64,000 nucleotides of DNA, taken from an uncultured bacterium (GTDB lineage: Bacteria > Chloroflexota > Dormibacteria > Aeolococcales > Aeolococcaceae). Positions 56,801 to 64,000 of this stretch are shown one piece after another. A program made the position numbers and the translations under genes. The notes beneath the pieces were generated by a model. It worked only from the letters and a program-made list of their open reading frames with translations. It was not told the DNA's origin and made no database searches. How positions within the stretch are numbered: position 1 is the first letter of the stretch; each line of letters begins with the position of its first letter. Location of the stretch: the NCBI GenBank assembly GCA_963847225.1, contig CAWJYZ010000005.1:745648-809647 (forward strand), in the 5' to 3' direction.

Positions 56801-57087
56801 AGCCCGAAGACGGCCATGATGGCGTCGCCGATGTACTTCTCAATGGTGCCGCCGTGACGCTCGAGGACGGTCTTCATCGCCTCGAAGTACGCATGCAGGA
56901 CCTCGCGGAGCGCCTCGCTGTCGAGACGCTCCCCCAGCTCGGTCGAGCCCTTGAGGTCGCTGAAAACGATGGTGACGGTCTTGCGGACCTCCTGCGGCGG
57001 CGGGGCGACAACGAGAGGGGTTCCGCAGAAACCACAGAGCCGGAACCGGTCAGGGTTCTCCTCGCCGCAACTGGGGCAGATTTGCAC
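53824..57087 (-). CDS. Zinc-ribbon / class III adenylate cyclase / STAND ATPase / TPR multidomain protein (paralog)
   Basis: ICPSCGEENPDRFRLCGFCG, then IVFSDLKGST, EKYIGDAIMAV, VTGDAVNVAARLE. Walker A LAPAGTGKSRLIQEF. TPR-like tail. GTG start. Confidence 0.8.
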   Translation of the reverse strand: MQICPSCGEENPDRFRLCGFCGTPLVVAPPPQEVRKTVTIVFSDLKGSTELGERLDSEALREVLHAYFEAMKTVLERHGGTIEKYIGDAIMAVFGLNRVHEDDAVRAVRAAYEMQEELKKLNDHLAARWGVALQNRTGVNTGEVIAGQPAPGQRLVTGDAVNVAARLEQAAPPLETLIGEPTYRLVRDAVDVEPVEPLELKGKSERIPAYRLRGVSRREGVARRADTPLVGRSAELNAMVEALARVSSLGSPQMVTVLAPAGTGKSRLIQEFLERAADKARVLHGRCLSYGEGSFGPLAEMVRDAAGITDADDAEAARTKLDQLVGGEAPDVTERLAAVLGLGEATFPVRETFWATRQLIAALSHTGPVVARIEDIHWAELTFLDLLRYLAEPGSDAPALLLLCSARPELLDQQPGWGESRDGAQVLILSPLSEVESGEVVCNLLGDGTLAEAPRRRIIEAAAGNPLFVEQMLSMMIDDGLIRREGTGWVAAADLSSLAVPPSITALLAARLDRLGATDRSVLERGAVIGQLFLQPAVEALCSDELRPQAGASLDGLVRRELVTPVEAGSPGQRAFRFDHALIRDAAYQGLLKRTRVDLHERFADWLEANPSEHSGELDEVCGYHLEQACLTLAQLGPVDERGKTVGRRGATHLAAAGERARSSGDVPATATLLHRAATLDPHGREAPRWLLHIGEALGEMGQFQAAEEALITTEERARAQDRPAFAIVASVVRRMWRFLSAPENEPAAAVAAECEQAIRELERTGSHEGLARAWRLMAYVHFYEGQFSRAEEAVTQAIHEAELGSSRVFEIRMLSALASCVVYSATPVSDALDRCQEILGRGAGDRRTEAMTFSAMSHLQAMCGSAELARDLYQRSRKMLTELGFSLSAAITSLHSGPAEMLAGDLDRAESELRADYEALTAMGDKGYTPTVAGLLAEVLHAQGRDEEASTFAGVCHDLAAPHDVGAQYQWRCIQAKLLAVQGRPGEAEEMAHEAVRVIRTTDQPDVQGDALVGLAEVLEAAGKPGEAEAALAEAIPLFEKKGNTVSAARALRAMERLRGAGAIDRPQILRTTVRARGRAAVSAQS

Positions 57088-57201
57088 GGGAGGTCATTCC
57101 CCCCGACGCCGCGCGATTACAGTGGAAGATCCCGCAGCAGAGCCCCGCTGCCGCGCCCTTGGCGGGGCGGGGCCTGCCGCGAACCGTGGGTCAGGGTGCG
57201 T

Positions 57202-58617
57202 TTACGTGGACCCCCAGAAGTCGCCGGGCGCACCGAAGAACTCGATGAGGACGTCGCCGCCCTTCTTGGTCCGCGAGACGGTGCACGGAGCCGGGACGGT
57301 CGACGAGCAGTCGGGAAGGAGGCCGACGTACAGGGGCGTCAACGTACCCGGGATTGTGGTTGTATCCGTATCCTGGGAGGCCATTCCACCAGCCCTGACC
57401 GGGAAGTCTTCGGTGCTGGCGTAACAGATCTGGTAGAAGGGCGCTCCGTTGTTCGCCGAGGCGTCCACCTCGGACTTGGGGACGTCGATGATGATGTCGT
57501 AGGTAGCGGCTGAGTCCGTTCCGTCGTACTTGCTCGAAGCGGTCCAGAGGTCGACTCCGATCGACCCCGTCACCGTGCCGTAGCCAGTGCAGCTATATGC
57601 GAAGCCGCCCAGCCCAAGGCTCAAGATGTCGCCCCCGGTGGCGTTGCTGATGTCGACGCTGACCCCCGTCGTCTTGTTGCCGGCGGCAATGTCCCCCGCA
57701 CACGAGCTGTTGCAGTCCGCGGAGGTTGTGGTGACTAGGAAGGTTGTCGAGTTGGTTGTGTGGAATCCAGCGGCACTGGCCGTGAGCGCGTAGTAGCCCG
57801 TCTGGTTGACATAAATCGGGGAGAAGGAGGCCACGCCCAGCGACGTGCCACCCGTGCCGTCGCCTGTAGTAGCTGAGGTATCGCCGATGAGCTTGCTGTT
57901 GGTGGGCCCATAGATCTCGCTCAGAGCGATCGTCACGCCGCCAAGGAGGTTGCCCTCGCCATCCTTGGCCTCGACCTCCACCGGCGCACCGGTGGGATCG
58001 AACGGTTGACTCGTGATGTCGTTGGAGTAGGTGCCCCCGCCTGTTGGGAAGGAGGTCTTCGCCGGCTCGGCGATGGAGACGAAAGCGAGCGTGCATTCGC
58101 CGCTGACTTGGACGCTGAGACCGCTCGCGGAATCGATGACGAAGTCGTTGCCCGGGTTGCCGTTGAAGTTGTTGGCTTGCTTGGCCTGCAACATCCAATC
58201 GCTGGCCGCTCCGGCGCAGGAGACTGTGCCAGTGAACGATGCAGTGATAGCGCCGCCCGGCGGGACGTCGAGGGATCGGAGCTCGAGGACGGTCCCGGAC
58301 GCGATATTAGCTGTTGCCGATGCGGCTGGGTAGCCGTCGGTCACCGACGCCGAGCTCAGCACCCAGTTGCTTGGCGCGGTGAGGTCGGCGGAGCCTAGCG
58401 ACTGCTGGGTGTCCTCGTTTGTCAGTGTGAAAGTGAAGTTGACGGTGGCCCCCGCACCGACCGGGCTCGGGTTGTACGAGAGACTCCCGAGCGCGCACTT
58501 GGCGCTGCTGCAACCACCGCTCGCGCCAGCCAGGTTCGCCGTGGCCGGCAACCCCATGGCCGCCGCCACAAGCAGCATCACCCCCCACCGAATTTTGCCA
58601 ACCCCAAATCGGCCCAT
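57202..58617 (-). CDS. Secreted Ser/Thr/Gly-rich protein (signal peptide), lower GC than surroundings
   Basis: AGGAGG SD 6 nt upstream of the verified ATG. Signal peptide MGRFGVGKIRWGVMLLVAAAMGLPATANLAGA. The mature protein is S/T/G/N-rich with several Cys pairs. GC3 is visibly lower than in neighbouring genes. Confidence 0.7.
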   Translation of the reverse strand: MGRFGVGKIRWGVMLLVAAAMGLPATANLAGASGGCSSAKCALGSLSYNPSPVGAGATVNFTFTLTNEDTQQSLGSADLTAPSNWVLSSASVTDGYPAASATANIASGTVLELRSLDVPPGGAITASFTGTVSCAGAASDWMLQAKQANNFNGNPGNDFVIDSASGLSVQVSGECTLAFVSIAEPAKTSFPTGGGTYSNDITSQPFDPTGAPVEVEAKDGEGNLLGGVTIALSEIYGPTNSKLIGDTSATTGDGTGGTSLGVASFSPIYVNQTGYYALTASAAGFHTTNSTTFLVTTTSADCNSSCAGDIAAGNKTTGVSVDISNATGGDILSLGLGGFAYSCTGYGTVTGSIGVDLWTASSKYDGTDSAATYDIIIDVPKSEVDASANNGAPFYQICYASTEDFPVRAGGMASQDTDTTTIPGTLTPLYVGLLPDCSSTVPAPCTVSRTKKGGDVLIEFFGAPGDFWGST

Positions 58618-58847
58618 GGTTACCCTCCTCCTTCCGGACAAGCTTCTTGATATCAGCCAGCCGGGCTTCCCTTCCATGGGCACAGCGTGGACAGGCAGGC
58701 ACACAATAGCGTACCCGGGGGGAGGCGTCCACCTGGCGTATTCGAACGCCTTGGCGGGAAGCCCTTGGAGGATGCGACCGGGGCGGTGTACCCTTTGCCG
58801 GCCGCCTGCCTCGGACAGCGGCCAGAGCCGATGGGGAGAGGAGCGCC

Positions 58848-60632
58848 GTGACGGTCCAGGCGGTCGAACCACAATCGTCGCCCCCGCACGGGCTCGGCAA
58901 CCGGCTCCTCCGCTACCGCAGGCGGCGGGCGGAGAGGTCGGCGCCGCGGGCCAGCTACGGAGCCCTCTTCCGCAACCGCGACTACCGCCTGCTGTTCAGC
59001 GGTCTGACCATCTCCATGACCGGGTCGTGGGCCTACAACGTGGCCCTCGTCGTCTACGTCTTCGACGTCACCCACTCCGCCGCCTGGGTGGCCGCGGCGT
59101 CGGTGAGCCGCTTCCTCACCTCCCTGGTGGCGAGCCCGTTCGGCGGCCTCCTCGCCGACCGCGTGGAGAGGATCCGGCTGATGGTGTCCCTGGACGTCGT
59201 GGCTCTTGTCGTCCAGGGTCTGCTCGCCGTGGTGGCGGCGCTGCACGGCTCGGTGGTGCTCGGCCTCGTGCTGGTGGCCCTGACCTCGGTGGTGGGCCGT
59301 GCCTACGACCCCGCGGCGCGGGCGGCAACCCCCGCCGTGGTCGGCGAGGAGCTGCTCGCCGCTGCCAACAGCATGCAGTCGGCGGTCGAAAACCTCACCC
59401 TCCTTCTCGGGCCCGCCCTCGGCGCCGTGCTCATCCTCCTCGGCCCACCCGCCGTGGTGTTCGCGGTGAACGCGGCGACCTTCGGCGTCTCGGCGCTCCT
59501 CGTGAGCCGCATGCTCACCCGCAACCGCCCCGGGGACATCACCAAGGGAGGCGCCGTCGGGCCGCTGCGCCAGATGGCCGAGGGCATCCAGGCCTTCGCC
59601 AGCTCCGGAACCGTGGTCCTCCTGGCCAGCTTCAGCATCCTGGCCAGCTTCATCTACGGCACCGACACGGTGCTGCTGGTCGTTGTCAGCAAGGACCTCC
59701 TGGGCACCGGCAGCACCGGTTACGGCTACCTGCTCGGAGCCCTCGGAGCCGGCGGCATCGTCATGGCCCTGTTCATGAACCGGATCGCGGCGATGCGTCG
59801 CCTGGGGGCGATCATCGTCGCCGGCATGGCCCTGTACTGCCTGCCCACGGCCCTGCTGCCCCTCGTGCACTCTCCGGTCGTGGCCTCCCTCCTGGAGGTG
59901 GGCCGCGGCGCCGGGACCATCATCGTCGACGTCCTCGCCATCACCGCGATGCAGCGCTTTGTGCCCTCCGACGTGGTGGCCCGCGTCTTCGGCGTCTTCT
60001 TCGCCCTCGTCCTCGCCGCCATCTCCCTCGGCGCCCTCCTCATGCCCATCCTCCTCGGCGCTTTCGGCCTCGACACGACCCTGCTGGTGATGGGCCTGGC
60101 CATCCCCGTGCTCTCGGTGCTGGCCTATCCATGGATCGCGCGCCTCGACGCCCGGGCTCGTGCGGTGCTGGTGAGCATCGAGCCGCGCCTCAGCATCCTG
60201 CGCGGCTTCGACATCTTCGCCGGCATCCCCCGCGGCGCTCTCGAGGCCGTGGCACGCGGTGCTGTCGAGGAGAAGGTGGAGCCCGGCATCGTGATGATCC
60301 CCGAGGGCGCCGAGGCCGACGACTTCTTTGTCCTCACTGCCGGGGAGGCGGCCGTCACTGCCCGTGCTGCTGGGGAGGAGCGCCGCCTCGCCACCCTCAC
60401 GGCGCCGGACTACTTCGGGGAGATCGGGCTCCTGGAGCGCCGGCCGCGCACCGCCACGGTGACCGCGACCTCTCCCTGCACCATCCTGCGAATCAAAGGC
60501 GGCGACTTCCTGGCGGCGGTCACCGCGGTGCCGCTCACCCCCGGCTCTCTGGGGCGCGCCCAGGCGCGGCTCGAGCGCACCGAGCCGGCGGCCAAGCTCA
60601 CCCTGGCCGGCACCGCGGCGCCAGCCGGCTGA
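58848..60632 (+). CDS. MFS transporter fused to C-terminal cyclic-nucleotide-binding (CAP-type) domain
   Basis: ~12 TM MFS core (YRLLFSGLTISMTGSWAYNVAL...). The C-terminus has FAGIPRGALEAVA...GIVMIPEGAEADDFFVLTAGEA...DYFGEIGLLERRPRTATVTAT, a cNMP-binding signature. GTG start with a gagagga SD. Confidence 0.75.
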   Translation: MTVQAVEPQSSPPHGLGNRLLRYRRRRAERSAPRASYGALFRNRDYRLLFSGLTISMTGSWAYNVALVVYVFDVTHSAAWVAAASVSRFLTSLVASPFGGLLADRVERIRLMVSLDVVALVVQGLLAVVAALHGSVVLGLVLVALTSVVGRAYDPAARAATPAVVGEELLAAANSMQSAVENLTLLLGPALGAVLILLGPPAVVFAVNAATFGVSALLVSRMLTRNRPGDITKGGAVGPLRQMAEGIQAFASSGTVVLLASFSILASFIYGTDTVLLVVVSKDLLGTGSTGYGYLLGALGAGGIVMALFMNRIAAMRRLGAIIVAGMALYCLPTALLPLVHSPVVASLLEVGRGAGTIIVDVLAITAMQRFVPSDVVARVFGVFFALVLAAISLGALLMPILLGAFGLDTTLLVMGLAIPVLSVLAYPWIARLDARARAVLVSIEPRLSILRGFDIFAGIPRGALEAVARGAVEEKVEPGIVMIPEGAEADDFFVLTAGEAAVTARAAGEERRLATLTAPDYFGEIGLLERRPRTATVTATSPCTILRIKGGDFLAAVTAVPLTPGSLGRAQARLERTEPAAKLTLAGTAAPAG

Positions 60633-60660
60633 CAGGCTGCCAGCCGGGCCGCCGGCGAGC

Positions 60661-61010
60661 TCAGCCGGTGCCGGAGGCCGGGACCGGCTCTCCGCCCTCT
60701 CCCGGCGGAGCTGCCTCCGAGGCCTCTCCCCCCTCCGCCGAGGGTGCCCGGGGGAGCGCCTCCATCAGCAGGCGGACGGGTCGGCGGAGATCCGGGCGCA
60801 CCTGGAAGAAGGTCGCGTCGTCATCACCCGTGGCCACCAGCAGCTGGGCGGTGCGCAGCCGCTCCAGCTGGTGCTCCACCTCGAACTCCGGCCGGTGCAT
60901 CGTCTCCGCCAGCTCGCGCGCGGTGCGCGCCCGCTGCAGCAGCTCTCGGACCAGGGCCAGCCGCCCCGGGTCGCCCAGGGCACGGAAGAGATCGGCCGCC
61001 CCCGGCAGGT
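60661..61010 (-). CDS. Small ArsR/SmtB-family transcriptional regulator (start unresolved)
   Basis: LFRALGDPGRLALVRELLQRARTARELAETMHRPEFEVEHQLERLRTAQLLV is an ArsR-type wHTH. There is no in-frame ATG/GTG upstream of the HTH; a candidate ATG lies in the adjacent frame, suggesting another indel. Confidence 0.5.
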
Positions 61011-61044
61011 GCTCCTCGCCGGCCGCCGTCCGCAGCCGGCCGCG

Positions 61045-61924
61045 AGTTCATATGGAGCATCGGACGCAGAGACAGCCCCTGTCCGGTTGCGTAGCTGGTG
61101 CGCAGCAGCGCCTCGCCGACCGTGGCTCCCCCGCTGCGCCGTGCCACCACCAAGTAGAAGGCGGCCACCACCAGCGCCGCCGCCACCGCGTCCACCCAGC
61201 CCCAGTTGAACCCGAGACCCGCCAGCCGGCCGATGGCGAGGAGGCCGGTGATGATGCTGCCGACGATGCCCATGTCGATGGCCGCGGCGAAGGCGATTCG
61301 TGCCCAGCGGGGGACGCGCACCAGCCCGGCACCGTGCCCCGCCGGCGCCTTGCGCGCGGCCAGGTAGACGCCGACCCCCACCACCACGAGCAGGCCGCCC
61401 TGCACCGCCAGCCTCTCGATGCTGGTGAGGAAGTGCTCGACGGGAACCCCGACCGCCGCTCCGAGGGCCACGAAGGCCGCGACCCAGAGGGCGGTGGCGG
61501 GCACGAGGCCCTCGAGGTAGGTGGCCCGTGGCAGGCGCAGGGCCCCCGCCACCAGGGTGGTGTAGATGCGAAGCCCGGGGATGAGCCGGCTGATGGCCAC
61601 CCCGGTCCAGCCGGAGGTGCGGACCCGGGCGGTGACCTTGGTCAGGGTCTCCTCGCGATGGAGCCGCTGAGCCACGGCGTGCAGACCCCGATCGCCCACC
61701 GCCCGCGCCCAGGTGTATCCGACCATCGCCCCCGCCACGCAGGCGAAGACGGCCAGCGGACCGAAGACGTAGGGGTCGAGGCCTCCAGCGGCGATGAGCA
61801 GCCCGGCCGCAAGCAGGACGAGCTCCCCGGGGGTGGGCAGCGGCACGCCGGCCTCCTCGGCGAAGAGGAGGCTGCAGAGAAGAGCGATGGCGACCGCCCC
61901 GTGCAGCCCCTCGAGAAAGTTCAT
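61045..61924 (-). CDS. DedA/TVP38 family membrane protein (3' end unresolved)
   Basis: VPLPTPGELVLLAAG...GWTGVAISRLIPGLRIYTTLVAG DedA core. The ORF runs on without a stop into the ArsR gene region as low-complexity R/G/A sequence. The true end is probably near 61050-61170. Confidence 0.55.
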
Positions 61925-62185
61925 GGACGCGGCTCCACATGCTCAGCCGGGCAGGGCCGTGAAGGTTCCAGCCTACCGGACGGTTCGCCATACCGCCTCC
62001 TCCCGGGACGATCGGCTGACGGCGATCCCCCTCCGGCGGGTGGCGGATGGGCTCCCCGGCAACCTCAGGGCAGCGAGGAAAGGAGCTTTCCTACCTACGC
62101 GTATGGGCTCCGCCACCACATGGTCGCCCCCTGCCGGAACCCCGCGGCCCAACCGCCCCGGGGCCCCCCGGCTCCAGCGACCTCG

Positions 62186-63469
62186 TCAGACCCGGAAGAC
62201 CCGGCGCACCTCGGCGATGCCCTCACCCAAACGGTCGACCTCAGCATGGGTCGTGTACAGGTAGACCGACGCCCGGGTGGTGGCGGCGACTCCCAACCGG
62301 CGCATCAATGGCTGACAACAATGGTGCCCAGCCCGGACCGCGATGCCGAGACGGTCGAGAACCGTACCCGTGTCGTGGGGATGGACGTCGGCGACGTTGA
62401 AGCTCACGGCCCCGCCGTGGATGGAGAGGTCGCGGGGGCCGTAGACCGTGGCCCCCGATTCGTCGAGGACGTCGAGCATGTGCCCCACCAGGGACTGCTC
62501 GTGGGCGTGGATGCGTTCCCGGCCCACCCCGTCGAGGTAGTCGCAGGCCGCCGCCATCCCCACCGCGGCGGCGACGTCGGGGGTGCCCGCCTCGAACTTG
62601 TGGGGGACGGCGTTCCAGGTCGAGCGCTCCAGCTCGACCCGGGCGATCATCTCCCCGCCACCCAGGAAGGGCGGCATCTTGTCGAGGAGCTCGGGGCGGG
62701 CCCAGAGCACCCCGCCCCCCATCGGGCCGCACATCTTGTGGCTCGAGAAGGCGTAGAAGTCGACGCCCAGAGAGGCGATGGAGACCGGCATCTGCGGCAC
62801 CGCCTGGGCCCCGTCGACGCACACCAGGACACCCCGGCGGTGGGCCGCCTCGGTGACGGCGGCGATGTCGTTGACGGTGCCCAGCACGTTGGACTGGTGG
62901 GTGAGGCTGACGAGCCGGGTGGGCGGGGAGAGCAGCTCCTCGAGGCGAGAGAGGTCGAGCTGGCCAGCGTTGGTGACGCCGAGAAAGGCGAGCTGCAGCC
63001 CGGCGCGCTGGGCGGCGAGCTGCCAGGGCACGAGGTTGGAGTGGTGCTCCATCTCAGTGAGCACCACCCGGTCCCCGGCACGCAGCGTCTCGCGCGCGTA
63101 GGAGCTCGCCACCAGGTTGAGCGCCTCGGTGGTGTTGCGCACGAAGACGACGCCCTCGGGGTCGGCGTCGACGAACGCCGCCACCCGGCGCCGGGAGCGC
63201 TCGAAGGCCTCGGTGGCCTCGGCGCCGAGACGGTGCACGCTGCGGTGCACATTGGAGTTGATGGTCCGGTAGTAATGGTCGATAGCGTCCAGAACTGGGA
63301 GCGGCTTCTGGGAGGTCGCCGCCGAGTCCAGGTAGGCGAGGGGGTGGCCGTTCACCTCCTGATGGAGGATGGGGAAGTCGGCGCGGACCCGTTCGACGTC
63401 GAGGTGCCCGTCGTCGATACCCGTCGCCGCGGCGGTCGAGGGGGCGCGGGTCGTCGACATCACCCTCAC
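62186..63469 (-). CDS. sufS: Cysteine desulfurase SufS
   Basis: DFPILHQEVNGHPLAYLDSAATSQKP, the PLP-Lys region SHKMCGPMGGGVLW, and the active-site Cys loop RAGHHCCQP. Confidence 0.9.
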   Translation of the reverse strand: MRVMSTTRAPSTAAATGIDDGHLDVERVRADFPILHQEVNGHPLAYLDSAATSQKPLPVLDAIDHYYRTINSNVHRSVHRLGAEATEAFERSRRRVAAFVDADPEGVVFVRNTTEALNLVASSYARETLRAGDRVVLTEMEHHSNLVPWQLAAQRAGLQLAFLGVTNAGQLDLSRLEELLSPPTRLVSLTHQSNVLGTVNDIAAVTEAAHRRGVLVCVDGAQAVPQMPVSIASLGVDFYAFSSHKMCGPMGGGVLWARPELLDKMPPFLGGGEMIARVELERSTWNAVPHKFEAGTPDVAAAVGMAAACDYLDGVGRERIHAHEQSLVGHMLDVLDESGATVYGPRDLSIHGGAVSFNVADVHPHDTGTVLDRLGIAVRAGHHCCQPLMRRLGVAATTRASVYLYTTHAEVDRLGEGIAEVRRVFRV

Positions 63470-63792
63470 TCGCTCAGCGCCACCCGGATCACCCCGTCGC
63501 TCACCTCCACCGCGTGGACGCGGACGGGCTCCACAGCGGGCAGGGTGATGGCGTCGCCCGTGCGCAGGTCAAATGCGGATCCATGCAGCGGGCACTCGAT
63601 GGCACAGCGCTCGACGTCGAGGTCACCTTCGGAGAGCGACGCCTCCTGGTGGGTGCAGGTGTCGTCGATGCAGTGCAGCTCACCCTCGACGTTGAAGATG
63701 GCGATCGGTGTCTCATCGATCTCGAGGCGTGCGGCGTGTCCCGGGGGGATGTCGGTAACCCGGGCGACGGTGACCCATTGGCTCACGATCAC
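63466..63792 (-). CDS. Rieske [2Fe-2S] domain protein (suf-associated)
   Basis: CTHQEASLSEG ... CPLHGSAFDL is the CxH...CxxH Rieske ligand pattern; 108 aa. Confidence 0.8.
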   Translation of the reverse strand: MIVSQWVTVARVTDIPPGHAARLEIDETPIAIFNVEGELHCIDDTCTHQEASLSEGDLDVERCAIECPLHGSAFDLRTGDAITLPAVEPVRVHAVEVSDGVIRVALSE

Positions 63793-64000
63793 GATCCCCT
63801 CTCCGCTTCGCTGCTCCCGGCGATCTCGGCGTCCAGGAGGGCGACGAGCCAGTCGCGCAGGGGTTCAACGGGCACGCGGTCGAGGACGTCGGCGAAGAAG
63901 CCGCGCACGATGAGCCGCTCGGCCTCTTCCGGGGGGACGCCGCGGGCCATGAGGTAGAACCGCTCCTCATCGTCGACGTGTCCCACCGTCGTCCCGTGCC
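63789..64000 (-). CDS. SufD/SufB-family Fe-S assembly protein, C-terminal fragment (gene continues beyond window)
   Basis: FYLMARGVPPEEAERLIVRGFF is the conserved SufB/SufD C-terminus. Confidence 0.6.
   Translation of the reverse strand, partial: HGTTVGHVDDEERFYLMARGVPPEEAERLIVRGFFADVLDRVPVEPLRDWLVALLDAEIAGSSEAERGS

Noticed and set aside
58367-63913. 1848-aa ORF on plus strand
   Set aside because: It spans several independently supported genes (MFS-cNMP, DedA, sufS, Rieske) in a non-coding frame and has R/G/P-rich garbage composition. High-GC artefact.
1-64000. tRNA / rRNA genes
   Set aside because: By-eye scan of intergenic regions found no GTTCGA(A/G)TC T-loop-like motifs with acceptor-stem context. 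None called.

Overview
High-GC (~70%) bacterial chromosomal segment that spans the replication origin region. The core is syntenic: parB-parA / jag-yidC-yidD-rnpA-rpmH / dnaA-dnaN, with a candidate oriC (DnaA-box cluster) in the dnaA-dnaN intergenic region. recF-DUF721 lies inverted and convergent on dnaN, and gyrBA is absent. Housekeeping content includes fdhD/mobA, fabI-fabF, suhB, amt, folP-folK, ndk, lepB, an sodX-sodN Ni-SOD pair, and suf genes (sufT, sufU ... sufS, Rieske, sufD/B 3' end). Accessory-looking content includes: a Upf1-like SF1 helicase with an N-terminal zinc-ribbon domain, in an operon with a glutaredoxin-PDZ fusion; tandem GDP-mannose 4,6-dehydratase paralogs with a flippase-like gene; an orphan beta-class DNA methyltransferase co-transcribed with an alpha/alpha-toroid (prenyltransferase-repeat) protein, next to a 51-bp perfect palindrome; a LAGLIDADG-type endonuclease-like gene beside parA; and a ~13-kb block inserted between sufU and sufS. 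That block carries two tandem zinc-ribbon-adenylate cyclase-STAND ATPase-TPR giants, an MFS transporter fused to a cNMP-binding domain, and a lower-GC secreted Ser/Thr/Gly-rich protein, which together look like a cAMP signalling module. Three essential genes (rpmH, folP, lepB) each carry an apparent single-nucleotide indel, which suggests assembly indel errors and makes all start/stop calls somewhat uncertain. The ORF track reports GTG/TTG starts as M, and many long ORFs on the antisense of real genes are high-GC artefacts. No tRNA, rRNA, CRISPR array, transposase or integrase was recognised.
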